Counted from the stretch's first letter, positions 41,710 to 51,772 are shown. The stretch is DNA of 64,000 bases from Nitrosopumilus sp. (GCA_965218785.1 OZ244650.1:1792001-1856000); one strand, 5' to 3'. Notes: generated by a model from the sequence alone, not told the origin. Numbers and translations are program-made.

Positions 41710-41990
41710 TCATATATTCATCATCATTACGCCTTTGATTACAGTAGGATGATGTTCAAAAATATCCTCATGTAGTAGTAGCAGCGGTTTTTCACATTTT
41801 TTTGGGGATTCTTTTCTAGTAGTAAGAACCAGATGTCCTGAATAATCTAGAATTTCTTCAGGAAGTATAGAGTCAAATGATAATTTGAGGGTTTTAAGAT
41901 AGGTTGAAAATCTATAATATGGTTTACCATAGTCGCAATTCCAATACGGACATTCAGTAAGGGATCGATATTTTGTGAAACAATATATGG
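41710..41990 (-). pseudogene. probable decayed/truncated gene
   Basis: Start-less stop-free frame of about 95 codons (..YGKPYYRFSTYLKTLKLSFDSILPEEILDYSGHLVLTTRKESPKKCEKPLLLHEDIFEHHPTVIKGVMMMNI*); an overlapping frame gives a plausible N-terminus (..LLNVRIGIAT). Confidence 0.5.
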
Positions 41991-41999
41991 GATTTAGAT

Positions 42000-42335
42000 T
42001 TATGGCTTCAAAACAGTTGATACGACGTGTTTTACCGCTTCATCAAAATTGGCATCAATTTTTGACTTAATTTCGGATAATTTAGCATCACCTTTTTGAG
42101 AAATTTTTGCAGATTCTGCAGTCGCCTTTTCTTTTGAGGCATTAATGATAACTTCGGCCTCTTTTGTAGCTATTTCCCTGGTTTTTTCTAGCAGGGCATC
42201 AATTTCAGTCTGTGCCTTTACAGCAAGTTGTTTTTTCATATCAGCGACTTTGCCGTTTAGAGAATCCATATCATCCTCCAGGCTGTTCAAAGACTTTATT
42301 ATTCCAGTAACTTTGGATTCAGCCATATCACTCAT
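42000..42335 (-). CDS. coiled-coil protein resembling A/V-type ATP synthase peripheral stalk subunit H/G
   Basis: EA..II..AKEKA..E helical pattern, 110 aa. Confidence 0.65.
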   Translation of the reverse strand: MSDMAESKVTGIIKSLNSLEDDMDSLNGKVADMKKQLAVKAQTEIDALLEKTREIATKEAEVIINASKEKATAESAKISQKGDAKLSEIKSKIDANFDEAVKHVVSTVLKP

Positions 42336-42415
42336 TATACCCAAATTCGAATTTTCCATTAATTAAATCATTCAGTTTTTGCTTGATTTTAGGCACAAAT
42401 GGCACTTTTGTAGCT

Positions 42416-42524
42416 AGAAGCATGGTTGCTCTTGCAATCACCCTTGACCTAGAAAGGAAATAGAGAGGTGTAAAAATGGGTTATTTGAGAAGCATGATTG
42501 CTCTTGCAAGATCACCTTTGGCCT
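42416..42524. repeat. imperfect direct duplication of the nac 3' end
   Basis: agaagcatggttgctcttgcaatcacccttgacct (42416-42450) vs agaagcatgattgctcttgcaagatcacctttggcct (42488-42524). Confidence 0.8.
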
Positions 42525-42816
42525 CCTCTAAAGCATTTTTAGCCTTTTCCTCATTAACTCCGGTCTTTTGGCAGACTAGTTGAATATCATCATCTGAGAA
42601 GATAGGAACATCTAACTCACGTTCCTCATAACTATCTGTAGTTACTGTAAAAGTAGAACTATCCTTTTGTTTCATTTCAGAGACGGAGGGTTTGGAGATA
42701 ATAATCTCCTTTTTGTCGGTCTTAATTATTACCTCTTGAACATTTGGAATCTCGTTTATATCAACGCCCATTTTGTCCATCATTCTTCGCATTTCGCGAT
42801 TTCCACCCCGCATCAT
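42481..42816 (-). CDS. nac: nascent polypeptide-associated complex protein
   Basis: MRRMMDKMG, NAC domain, UBA-like DIQLV..GV..EKA..AL..GDLARAIMLL. Confidence 0.93.
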   Translation of the reverse strand: MMRGGNREMRRMMDKMGVDINEIPNVQEVIIKTDKKEIIISKPSVSEMKQKDSSTFTVTTDSYEERELDVPIFSDDDIQLVCQKTGVNEEKAKNALEEAKGDLARAIMLLK

Positions 42817-43292
42817 GATTTTCTCTCCTCTTTACGACTTTTTAAACTATCTCTGACCTTAATTGCTACACCCGTATCAAAATCTAAGATCATCTCACTA
42901 GATAGAACAGCCCTGCCAACTGCAATGACCTTGTCTTTGAACAGTACCGGAGTATCAGCAGAAATTCGTACTTTATTTCCACACCATACAACATGTTTAC
43001 AAAATACAGATCTGCCTTCTTTGACAAATGGGGCGGCATCTTTGTTGATCTCAATACAGTTTTCACGGAATACTTTGCTCTTTAACAAAATTTGGGCAAA
43101 ATAGAGACTGATTGCCAGACCTCCATCAATTCTCAAAGTGCACAGTAGCTTCCCTTTGTGTGTTGCAGTTCTTATTCTTCCGGTTTTTCTAGAAAAAGTC
43201 ATTTCAATGTCCTTGGGCAAATGTCTGGATACGCCATTTCCAAATAACGCATCAATGGAATACTGAAGCTTGAGAATTTGATCCATATACAT
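42813..43292 (-). CDS. PUA-domain protein (archaeosine TGT C-terminal-like)
   Basis: SRKTGRIR, LCTLR.DGG, PFVKEGRSVFCKHV, AVGRA..S. Confidence 0.88.
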   Translation of the reverse strand: MYMDQILKLQYSIDALFGNGVSRHLPKDIEMTFSRKTGRIRTATHKGKLLCTLRIDGGLAISLYFAQILLKSKVFRENCIEINKDAAPFVKEGRSVFCKHVVWCGNKVRISADTPVLFKDKVIAVGRAVLSSEMILDFDTGVAIKVRDSLKSRKEERKS

Positions 43293-43377
43293 AGACGATC
43301 CTTTGTAAATATTAGTTCAATGTAAAACTATATCAGAAATATCAAACTATATAGACCAGTTTTTTTCTCTTTAGATC

Positions 43378-44424
43378 ATGGAAGAAATAGGTGAGACAAG
43401 GAAAATCCAATTTACAGGAAAATCATCATACATAATTTCGTTACCAAAACAGTGGGTAATGGAGTTGGGCCTAAAACAAGGAGATCAGATTAGAATGGTC
43501 AGAAAAGGTTCATCAACATTAGAACTTTACCCACCAAAATTTGAATCTCGGACCCAAAAGAAGGAGGATGCAGTCATAGAGATTAATGTTGAAGAGGAAG
43601 CATCTTCAATCGTTAGAAAATTAATTTCTTTGTATTTTTTGGGATTCAAAACCATTCATGTTAAACCAAAAAATGGCAGACTAAGTCCGAATCAAAGAAA
43701 CACCGTAAAGGGTGCTGTTAAACGGATGTTGATGGGTTCTGAAATTATTTCTGATTCAAGTGTAGGAATCACAGTACAGGTTCTTGTCAATTTACTAGAA
43801 TTGTCAGTTGATGGAGCGTTCAAAAGAATGATCCATCTAGCAAAATCAATGTCCAGTGATGCAATTTTAGCAGTAAAGGAGAACAACCTGGATCTAGCTC
43901 AAGAAGTAATCAATACGGATGATGAAGTAGATAGATTCGGATTTTATATTATTCGTCAATTAAAGATAGCCATACAAAATGAACACATGTTAAAAGAGAT
44001 GGGTTTTAGAAACGCCAGAAATTGCCTAGGATATAGATTAATTGTAAAAAATATAGAAAGAGCAGGAGATCATGCGGCATTTATCGCAAAAGATCTTCTA
44101 GAGTTTAAAAAATCAGTCAAAAAAGAGATTTTAGAAAAGCTGCAGGAGATGAATGAATTTTGTTTGTCAGTACTAGATGAATCATGCCTGGCATTATTCA
44201 AAGAAGACTATTCACAGGCAGAAAAAACCATTAAAAAAACAGATGAAATTTCCAAATATGAGAAAAAGGTCAGAGATGCCTCAAAACTGCTAAAAGATGA
44301 TGAGGAAATTTGGAGGATTAGAAGAATGACTGAGAATATTCGAAGAGTATCTGAATATGCCAGTGACATTGCAGAAATTGTTTTGAATATGAATATAGAA
44401 AAGACACTAAAAAAATCAGGATGA
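43378..44424 (+). CDS. phoU: AbrB-PhoU family phosphate uptake regulator
   Basis: RKIQFTGKSSYIISLPKQW; DDEVDR, ERAGDHA and RRVSEY..DIAE PhoU repeats. Confidence 0.92.
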   Translation: MEEIGETRKIQFTGKSSYIISLPKQWVMELGLKQGDQIRMVRKGSSTLELYPPKFESRTQKKEDAVIEINVEEEASSIVRKLISLYFLGFKTIHVKPKNGRLSPNQRNTVKGAVKRMLMGSEIISDSSVGITVQVLVNLLELSVDGAFKRMIHLAKSMSSDAILAVKENNLDLAQEVINTDDEVDRFGFYIIRQLKIAIQNEHMLKEMGFRNARNCLGYRLIVKNIERAGDHAAFIAKDLLEFKKSVKKEILEKLQEMNEFCLSVLDESCLALFKEDYSQAEKTIKKTDEISKYEKKVRDASKLLKDDEEIWRIRRMTENIRRVSEYASDIAEIVLNMNIEKTLKKSG

Positions 44425-44480
44425 TTTATCAAAAACAGGTAGAATCTTTAACTCGAATTATGTGGAAGTATTGAATCAAA

Positions 44481-45599
44481 ATGAACTCGGCGATTTTAAT
44501 CACATATAACAAGGATGATGCAGTTAGTGAGGCAAAAGGACTATGCGATGCAGCAGGATACCAAATAGTTCACGTGATCAAACAAAAGTTCCTAAGAAAA
44601 CCAAAATACGGAATTAGCGGCGGGGTTTTAGAAGGACTAGAAGAGATGGCAGAAAAACTCAGGCCAGACGTAATTGTTTTTGATGAAATCCTAAAACCAA
44701 GCCAGAATTACAACCTTGCATCGGTTTTACACAGGGAGGTTTTAGACAGGGAGGCGCTGATTCTTGAAATTTTTGAAAGCAGGGCATCAAGTGCAGAATC
44801 AAAATTACAGGTAAAACTAGCACAATTAAGATATGAGATGGCAAGGGCAAAAGAAAAAGTCCGTCTTTCAAGTATGGGAGAACAGCCAGGATTTATGGGA
44901 ATAGGAAAATTCGAGGTGGATGTGTATTATAATGATATCAAACATAGAATGCAGACAGTAAGATCTAAACTCAAAAAAGCTGGAAAACAAAGAGAGCTCC
45001 ACAGACAGGGAAGAAAGAGAATGGGATTCAAGACAATCTCACTAGCAGGATACACATCTGCAGGAAAAACGACATTGTTTAACAAAATGACAGGAGAGAC
45101 ACGAACGCAGAGTAAGGAACTGTTTACAACTCTTTCAACGACTACACGAAGAGTTACGATTAAGCAAGAGCCGTTCCTAATTTCAGATACGGTAGGCTTT
45201 ATCAGTAAATTGCCTGCATACATGATAGATGCATTCAAATCCACACTAGAAGAGCTGGGACATACGGACATAATCATTGTTGTCGTAGATATTAGCGATT
45301 CAATGTTTGAATTAAAAAAGAAGTTTGCCAGCTGCATGAGAACGTTAAGTGAGTTAGAAATTCAAAAAGACAAGATGGTATATGCATTAAACAAAGTAGA
45401 TTTGTTGGAATCCGGAGAACTAGAGCAGAAAATTAACATGTTAAATTTAACTGAGAATAAAAAATTGATTTCAGTGTCTTCAAAAACAGGCAAGAACGTT
45501 AAGGAACTTGGAGTGTTAATCAAGGACATCATAGAAAGTCAGGATTCGTACAAATTCAAGGGGAATACTCTGGGAGTTGAAGAAACATTTGGCAATTGA
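44481..45599 (+). CDS. hflX: GTPase HflX
   Basis: [28 protein letters not shown]. Confidence 0.95.
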   Translation: MNSAILITYNKDDAVSEAKGLCDAAGYQIVHVIKQKFLRKPKYGISGGVLEGLEEMAEKLRPDVIVFDEILKPSQNYNLASVLHREVLDREALILEIFESRASSAESKLQVKLAQLRYEMARAKEKVRLSSMGEQPGFMGIGKFEVDVYYNDIKHRMQTVRSKLKKAGKQRELHRQGRKRMGFKTISLAGYTSAGKTTLFNKMTGETRTQSKELFTTLSTTTRRVTIKQEPFLISDTVGFISKLPAYMIDAFKSTLEELGHTDIIIVVVDISDSMFELKKKFASCMRTLSELEIQKDKMVYALNKVDLLESGELEQKINMLNLTENKKLISVSSKTGKNVKELGVLIKDIIESQDSYKFKGNTLGVEETFGN

Positions 45600-46122
45600 G
45601 GTAGTTAGAATTGGACAACGTCTTGTAAGGGATGACAGGGTTACGACCCATGTCGCATTAGTTTCAAGAGCATTTGGAGCTAGAAAGATTTTCATGACCG
45701 AGGTTAATCCAGAAATCAAAGAAACATTAGAAAAGATCAATGATACCTGGGGGGGAAATTTTGAAGTTGAATTTATTGATAAATGGAAATCCGTCATAAA
45801 AAAGAAAAAAGAAGATGGTTTTAGAGTTGTACACCTTTCAATGTATGGGGAAAAAATTGATGACGTACAGGAAAAACTCCGAAAAGAAGAAAATCTGCTA
45901 GTTGTTGTAGGTGCCGAAAAAGTCCCAAGGGAGATTTATGAATTATCAGACTATAATGTGGGGGTGGGAAGTCAGCCACATTCAGAAATTAGTGCGTTGG
46001 CAATACTGCTAGATCGTATCCAAAATGGAAGGCAATTTGAGAGGGAATTCCCAGATGCAAGAAGGAAGATTATACCCACGAAAATGGGTAAGAATGTTCA
46101 AGTAAAAGAAACAAGGGATTAA
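45589..46122 (+). CDS. trm56: tRNA (cytidine(56)-2'-O)-methyltransferase
   Basis: [40 protein letters not shown]. Confidence 0.95.
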   Translation: MAIEVVRIGQRLVRDDRVTTHVALVSRAFGARKIFMTEVNPEIKETLEKINDTWGGNFEVEFIDKWKSVIKKKKEDGFRVVHLSMYGEKIDDVQEKLRKEENLLVVVGAEKVPREIYELSDYNVGVGSQPHSEISALAILLDRIQNGRQFEREFPDARRKIIPTKMGKNVQVKETRD

Positions 46123-46148
46123 TAATAGAAAATTGTCAGTTATTAGAG

Positions 46149-46664
46149 TTGGTAGACAAATACGAAGATCCTTTTGTTAGAATCGCCTCGATGATTGGAG
46201 GAGATGAGTATCTCAAAGTAGCAAGATCGCTGCTAAAAGCGGAAGATGCAACAGATGAAGAGATTGCCAGTTCCACAGGTCTTCGAATCAATATGGTAAG
46301 AAAGGTATTGTATGATCTGTTTGGAAAATCACTCATTACCGGAATCAGGGTAAAAGATGAGAGAAAGGGATGGTTTGTCTACAGATGGAGAACCAGAAGA
46401 GAAGAAGTCGAACATTTTATTGAAAATCAGAAAAAGAAAGTTTCAGACAGATTACAGCAGAGGTTAGATTATGAAAATGCTTCTGACTTTTATCATTGTG
46501 GTAATGAGGATTGCTCAAGAATAACATTTGAGGAAGCACTTGAAGGCATGTTCAAATGTCCGTCATGTGGAAACGTCCTAAATCTAAAAAAGAATGATAA
46601 ATCTAAAAAAGCATATTCAAGAAAAATTGATGAAATCAACAATGATATGCAACAAACATTCTGA
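46149..46664 (+). CDS. tfe: transcription initiation factor E
   Basis: TDEEIA..VRKVLYDL winged helix, GWFVYRW, CGNEDC..CPSCG. Confidence 0.93.
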   Translation: MVDKYEDPFVRIASMIGGDEYLKVARSLLKAEDATDEEIASSTGLRINMVRKVLYDLFGKSLITGIRVKDERKGWFVYRWRTRREEVEHFIENQKKKVSDRLQQRLDYENASDFYHCGNEDCSRITFEEALEGMFKCPSCGNVLNLKKNDKSKKAYSRKIDEINNDMQQTF

Positions 46665-46777
46665 TCGCATTTGGAAATAATCAAAATTTCAGTAATTTAA
46701 AGCGCCATATATGCAGAATTAATCCGTCAAGTGAAAAGCTGAGTATTCCTTAAGTATGATCTACGCGTACTATATGT

Positions 46778-46844
46778 GGCGAGGGTGCTCGATAACATCA
46801 GTTGTTAAGTAAGGATCAATGAGATCTTGGGAACGCCTTGAGCT
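46778..46844 (+). ncRNA. candidate small structured RNA
   Basis: TATA-like TTAAGTA at 46750; closing stem AGGGUG/CGCCUU enclosing hairpins AUAAC/GUUGU and AGGAUC/GAUCUU. Confidence 0.25.
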
Positions 46845-46862
46845 TTGAAATACATTCAGGGT

Positions 46863-47180
46863 TCATGATTCCTGTAAAGGAGGATCCTCGTCAAATTCTT
46901 CGTCGTCTTCTGAATCATCTTCTTCTGAATCATCCTCACACTCTTCCATCTCTATATGTGTAGGATTTCCATCTTCTCCAAAGTATATCTCGATGCATAT
47001 GTCGGTGGATAATGTAGTGGCTAGAGTTTCTACTAGTTCCTTAGGAAAGTTTCCTAGTCTGCTGGGATCTGAAGAATATCTGTATTGAGTAACTTCATCA
47101 TCATGATAGAAATCCACCTCGATATCTCCATTAGTAAATTTTCTAACTCCCGTTACTTGACCAAACAGGCTATAAGACAA
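46863..47180 (-). CDS. hypothetical protein with acidic C-terminal tail
   Basis: 105-aa ORF, D/E-rich tail, 2 bp from the upstream gene. Confidence 0.7.
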   Translation of the reverse strand: MSYSLFGQVTGVRKFTNGDIEVDFYHDDEVTQYRYSSDPSRLGNFPKELVETLATTLSTDICIEIYFGEDGNPTHIEMEECEDDSEEDDSEDDEEFDEDPPLQES

Positions 47181-47182
47181 AT

Positions 47183-47740
47183 TTAATTTCCCCGTCCAGA
47201 TACATCTCTTAGAAGATTTTCAGCCAGTTGATTGTAATGTTCTCTAGACTTTCCCAAATCTTTTAGTTTTGATTCTTCGATTTCATCGAGTTCTTGGTCG
47301 ACTTTTTCTGAAACATGCTGCAACCGTGCATCTGCCATCATGAATAACCTGTTGTTTTCTTTCCACAGATGTTCGGTAACATGTTCAATATATTTTTGCA
47401 TATCATCAATCAATTTTGTAGAATCATCTGACAAAAGATATTCTTTGGCGGATTCTTCCATTTGAATTCCAATTTCTCTTGTACGTTGATGATCAATTAA
47501 CATCATTGCAATAGGTCCCATATTACTTGGCATTCCAGATTGCTCTAATGCAGGAAACAATGATTTCTCTTCCTTGCTATGATGACAAACATCTGTAAAG
47601 TTTTTTGAAAAATCAATTACGGGAAGCAGGATTGATTCAGGAATTTTTTTACCGTCATTTAGCAGCTGGATGGTAGATTCCATAGCTTTGATAACTTTTT
47701 CAATTAAATCATGATCTCGTCTTAATGATGCAGTTGACAT
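47183..47740 (-). CDS. hemerythrin HHE cation-binding domain protein
   Basis: LRRDH, CHHSKEE, MLIDH, EHLWKEN. Confidence 0.92.
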   Translation of the reverse strand: MSTASLRRDHDLIEKVIKAMESTIQLLNDGKKIPESILLPVIDFSKNFTDVCHHSKEEKSLFPALEQSGMPSNMGPIAMMLIDHQRTREIGIQMEESAKEYLLSDDSTKLIDDMQKYIEHVTEHLWKENNRLFMMADARLQHVSEKVDQELDEIEESKLKDLGKSREHYNQLAENLLRDVSGRGN

Positions 47741-47839
47741 TGTAACTTTACAGAAATTCCAATATCTATATCCTATTTATTTTAAGATAAATAATTAAAA
47801 GATAGAAATTAGTTAACGATTTCGCGTTAACAAGTAGGT

Positions 47840-48073
47840 TTAACGGTTAGAAAGACTTTGTGATTTTACAAAAGCCCAAATCTTTTTAGTCATTTCACTT
47901 GGTGGGATTGCTTTGCGTCCAAAAACTTGTTCCAAAGTTTCTTTACGACCTGCAAAACTTATTACATAACCACCAAATGCGGGTTTTTTGGATGTTGATT
48001 TCGTCTTATTTTTTGTCGCAACCTTTTTTGTTGTTACAACCTTCTTTTTTGTTGGTTTCTTTTTTACTGCCAA
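47840..48073 (-). CDS. Lys-rich small protein with partial SWIB/MDM2 domain
   Basis: K-rich N-tail plus LEQVFG..IPPSEMTKKIWAFVK..L. Confidence 0.75.
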   Translation of the reverse strand: MAVKKKPTKKKVVTTKKVATKNKTKSTSKKPAFGGYVISFAGRKETLEQVFGRKAIPPSEMTKKIWAFVKSQSLSNR

Positions 48074-48108
48074 TGTCTTACAATTTTATTTTGAATTAAG
48101 TATATAAC

Positions 48109-48768
48109 TTACACCTTAACATAATGCAAAACAAGGTAATTTTTGAGCCTTTTAACTGCCTTGAGACGTAAAACAGGGGAATTTGAAATCTTTTCAAAGC
48201 CCCTTCCACCTGCAAAAGAAATGGCATCATCTCCCCCTCCAACTAAAAATGGGGATAATGTAACGATTAATTCATCAAAAATGCCATATTTAATAAATTC
48301 CCAATTAACGGTTCCACCGCCCTCGACAAGAATTGTCTGAATTTTTTTCTCTGAAAGTTTTTTCAGTAATAATTTAAGACTTGTAGATCTTTGACCGGCA
48401 ACGATTATGTCTACAGGAAATTCGTGTAGTTTGTCAAAATTTGATTTGTTGATTTTTTTGGATACGGCTATGATGGTTGGAATTTTATGACTTGTTTGTA
48501 GGATTTTTGATTTTCTAGATATGCTGCCATTAGAATCCAAAATTATTCTAATCGGATTTTTTCCTTTGATATGTCGTACAGTCAGCAAAGGATCATCTCT
48601 TAAGACGGTGTTTTTGCCAACAAGGATTGCATCCACTTTGGATCTTAATTTATGAAGTCTAACGGCATCTTGTTTTGAAGACATCTTTGAATCGCCTGTT
48701 CTAGTCGCAATCTTTCCGTCAATTGATATTGCCGCGCTTAGAATTACATACGGTCTAGATTTTGCCAT
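48109..48768 (-). CDS. arfC: 2,5-diamino-6-ribosylamino-4(3H)-pyrimidinone 5'-phosphate reductase (RibD-C type)
   Basis: RPYVILSAAISIDGKIA, DAILVG.NTV..DDPLLTVR, VEGGG; no deaminase domain. Confidence 0.9.
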   Translation of the reverse strand: MAKSRPYVILSAAISIDGKIATRTGDSKMSSKQDAVRLHKLRSKVDAILVGKNTVLRDDPLLTVRHIKGKNPIRIILDSNGSISRKSKILQTSHKIPTIIAVSKKINKSNFDKLHEFPVDIIVAGQRSTSLKLLLKKLSEKKIQTILVEGGGTVNWEFIKYGIFDELIVTLSPFLVGGGDDAISFAGGRGFEKISNSPVLRLKAVKRLKNYLVLHYVKV

Positions 48769-49945
48769 GTACGATTTTACCTCCAATCATTACTGCCTTT
48801 ATTGCGGATTCTGTTGCTCTGTGAACAATTGATGCATGCGGATTGTGCATTGGTTCCAAATCTAATGCATGTTTATCAAGAAAAATACAATCAGCAGTCA
48901 TTCCAGCTTGAATGATTCCAATATTTTTTTTCAAAATTTTTCCACCGTTTACCGTGGCCATTTTGAGAATTTCTTTAGGATTGATTCTTTTTTTATGAAT
49001 TCCCATAGTTGCCTTCCAAAGAAAATCCATTTCTCTGAACATGTCCGGAGAATTTATCATGACGTTATCTGTACCTAAAGCAATCGTGCATCCTGCCTTC
49101 CTCATTAGTTCTATATCTGGAATGCCCTCAGCCAAAGAAGAATTAGCTCTCGGACATATTACAATTCCCCGGGTTTTTTTTGCCGCTGTATGAAGATCAC
49201 GTTTTGAAGCATGAGTCATATGAACCAGAAAATGTGGTTTTAGCAATAATGCCCGAATTGTTTCAGATTTTCCAGTAATTTTTTTGGATTTAGAAACACT
49301 CTGCTTGGTTTCAGAAGAATGTATGACCCTGAGTTTTGTTGTTTTTGAATAATAATTGAGAACAGATGAGCTATTTTCATTTGCGCCACTAATGCCAATT
49401 CCATCACAGTTTTTGATTAATCCATCAAGATCCGTAATTTTTTCTCTGGGATAAGGCAGATTTTTTCTAATTTCGGCAGATTTTTGATAAAACTCGATCC
49501 GACCCAGAATAACTGCGCGTAGAGGAATATCCGATAATATTTTTTGGAGTAAAATAACGCCATCTAATCCGCCCTCTCTGAAATCCACAAATGTGGTGAT
49601 CCCTTTTTGGATCATAGAATAACACGTATTTTTCATAAAGGTGGATAAATTTTTTTGGGATGTGTTTTTTAGAATTTTTGATTTGGCTCCAAATACCGGA
49701 TGAATTCTTTTATCAACAGAACTGTCGAGTGTTACATCTTTCCCAATTGAATCACCTATGTGTGTATGGGCATTGATAAATCCTGGAATTAATAAAAGAC
49801 CTTGACAATCTATGGATTCCTCCCTGTTGTTTGGAGCGTATTTTGACTGAATTTTCTTAAAGGTGTCATTTTGAATGTGAATGTTAGTATCTGAAATGAA
49901 ATCTAATTCTTCACCAGATAACACACTTGTATTTTTTATTAACAT
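48755..49945 (-). CDS. amidohydrolase, nucleobase-deaminase subtype, within the riboflavin operon
   Basis: PGFINAHTH, HSSE, LVH, CPRAN, LGTDN. Confidence 0.88.
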   Translation of the reverse strand: MLIKNTSVLSGEELDFISDTNIHIQNDTFKKIQSKYAPNNREESIDCQGLLLIPGFINAHTHIGDSIGKDVTLDSSVDKRIHPVFGAKSKILKNTSQKNLSTFMKNTCYSMIQKGITTFVDFREGGLDGVILLQKILSDIPLRAVILGRIEFYQKSAEIRKNLPYPREKITDLDGLIKNCDGIGISGANENSSSVLNYYSKTTKLRVIHSSETKQSVSKSKKITGKSETIRALLLKPHFLVHMTHASKRDLHTAAKKTRGIVICPRANSSLAEGIPDIELMRKAGCTIALGTDNVMINSPDMFREMDFLWKATMGIHKKRINPKEILKMATVNGGKILKKNIGIIQAGMTADCIFLDKHALDLEPMHNPHASIVHRATESAIKAVMIGGKIVHGKI

Positions 49946-50691
49946 GATAATTCATAAACTTCAGGTTTTTCTTTTCCTGAATCCCGAATTTCTCGTATTG
50001 TATCAAGGGATTTTGTAGCTAACTTGACTGCTTCCCTAGCAGAATGTCCATTGCCAATCCCGCAGTTCAAAGAAATTTTGTCATCATTTTTAATCATGTT
50101 AATAAAATTCTGGACTGAATTTTTTGCATCATCAGTTGCAATCACCATAAAATTATCACCGCCCATAAAAAATGCAAGTGAATTTTTTGCCAGGAAGAAT
50201 TTTGACATTTTAGAATATAATTGGAAAATTATTGATGAAATTTCATAGGGAGAGTTGGTTTGTCTTCTTGAAGTAAGATCATCCACATCCAAATGCATTA
50301 TTGAGACACTTGAATCAGACTTGCCATTTACAAAACCAAAGATGTTATGTTCTTTATCTAGAATTGTCTCATTTTTCTTTCCCTCATATGCCTTCAGATT
50401 TGCCTCAAACGGGGATTTGCCGTAGCCAATTGAAATGGTGAGGCGTATATCAAATAATTTTTCAAGTGATTTTTGAATTTGAACATGATCATCTAATCCA
50501 AGTCCGTTTGATACGACAAAAAACTCATCTGCCCGATTTAGAAAAACCAGGCAGTTTTTTTCTGAGAATAGCTTTTGTATTTCTTTGTAAAGAGACGCCT
50601 GAAGCATTTGTAGTTCATGTTCTCTATCACTTCCCAACGTCAGTGTCCAGGGACCATATCCGGCAATTTTTAAAATACTAAGTTGGATCAT
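49939..50691 (-). CDS. gch3: GTP cyclohydrolase III
   Basis: GYGPWTLTLGSDREHELQ, HLDVDD, FMGGDNF. Confidence 0.92.
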   Translation of the reverse strand: MIQLSILKIAGYGPWTLTLGSDREHELQMLQASLYKEIQKLFSEKNCLVFLNRADEFFVVSNGLGLDDHVQIQKSLEKLFDIRLTISIGYGKSPFEANLKAYEGKKNETILDKEHNIFGFVNGKSDSSVSIMHLDVDDLTSRRQTNSPYEISSIIFQLYSKMSKFFLAKNSLAFFMGGDNFMVIATDDAKNSVQNFINMIKNDDKISLNCGIGNGHSAREAVKLATKSLDTIREIRDSGKEKPEVYELSC

Positions 50692-51104
50692 TTTTGAATC
50701 CTCTGTAATTCTTTTGAGATCTTTACCATTGCTTCAACTGCACGTTCTGCAACAGGTCTTATTCTAGCATAAGCGTGTCTTTCCTGCATTCCGGGGCCGG
50801 ATATTCCCAAGGAAACAGGTTTTTGGTATTTTATTGATAAATCAACAAGGGATCTTGCCACTGTATGAGAAATCACTTCATCATGCTTTGTTTGTCCCTT
50901 GATTATTGCACCCAAAGTGACTACGCCGTCAACATTCTTTTTCCTCAATAATGTATCAACAATAACAGGCATGTCAAATGCACCGGGAACCCTGCACGTA
51001 TAGACTATCTTTAATTTCATCAGGTCTGCCTTTTCTTGAGCTACAGAAAGCATCCTAGATGTCACTTTATCATTGAATTCTGAAACTATTACTGCAATAT
51101 TCAA
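50688..51104 (-). CDS. ribH: 6,7-dimethyl-8-ribityllumazine synthase
   Basis: VSEFN, VPGAFDMP, GAIIKGQTKHD. Confidence 0.95.
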   Translation of the reverse strand: MNIAVIVSEFNDKVTSRMLSVAQEKADLMKLKIVYTCRVPGAFDMPVIVDTLLRKKNVDGVVTLGAIIKGQTKHDEVISHTVARSLVDLSIKYQKPVSLGISGPGMQERHAYARIRPVAERAVEAMVKISKELQRIQK

Positions 51105-51106
51105 AA

Positions 51107-51772
51107 CTAGTGCACCTTGGCGTATTCTAAAAGTTCTTTTCCATCAATCAATGGAATTCCATGTTGTTTGCCGAATTTTTCTGCTTTATCTACAGATAAT
51201 GCAGTATACGTTTCAGCATCCATCATCTCACAAATTGCAGTAATTGGAGTCAGTCCGGCAATTTGAGCTAGATAAACAGACATTTCAGTATGTCCCTGAC
51301 GTGCGGCCAGTAGTCCTTTGGAGGCTATCAACAGGGGAACATGACCCGGAGTTTTAAAAGATGATGCGAATTTCTTTTGTTTGTTTTCAACGTTATAGAT
51401 ATTTGTCATTTCATTGATTGTCAACGCCCTGTCCTTGTCCGTAATTCCAGTATAAGTCTGATAGTGATTTATAGACAGGGAAAAAGTCGGGTGATCACCG
51501 TAGGGTGCCAAACCCATTATCATTTCTTTGTTCGAAATCGGGGAATCAGAAAGAATTTCATGCATGTATTTCAAGTCCAAAGATGCCGCAAAATTATGAT
51601 CTATTGCCATGCACAACAACCCGCCGGCATGTTGACGCATTCTTGCAATATGTTCGGGCGTGACAAATTCTGCAGGTACGACCATGTCAACTTCATTTTC
51701 TCTGCCAGCAGAGTCAAACAGTAAAACAAATTCCCCGCGTTTTAGGAATTCCAATGAGGATTCAAGAGGCAT
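51107..51772 (-). CDS. ribB: 3,4-dihydroxy-2-butanone-4-phosphate synthase
   Basis: D..GRENEVD, TGITDKDRALT, PGHV, RQGHTE, CEMM. Confidence 0.95.
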   Translation of the reverse strand: MPLESSLEFLKRGEFVLLFDSAGRENEVDMVVPAEFVTPEHIARMRQHAGGLLCMAIDHNFAASLDLKYMHEILSDSPISNKEMIMGLAPYGDHPTFSLSINHYQTYTGITDKDRALTINEMTNIYNVENKQKKFASSFKTPGHVPLLIASKGLLAARQGHTEMSVYLAQIAGLTPITAICEMMDAETYTALSVDKAEKFGKQHGIPLIDGKELLEYAKVH

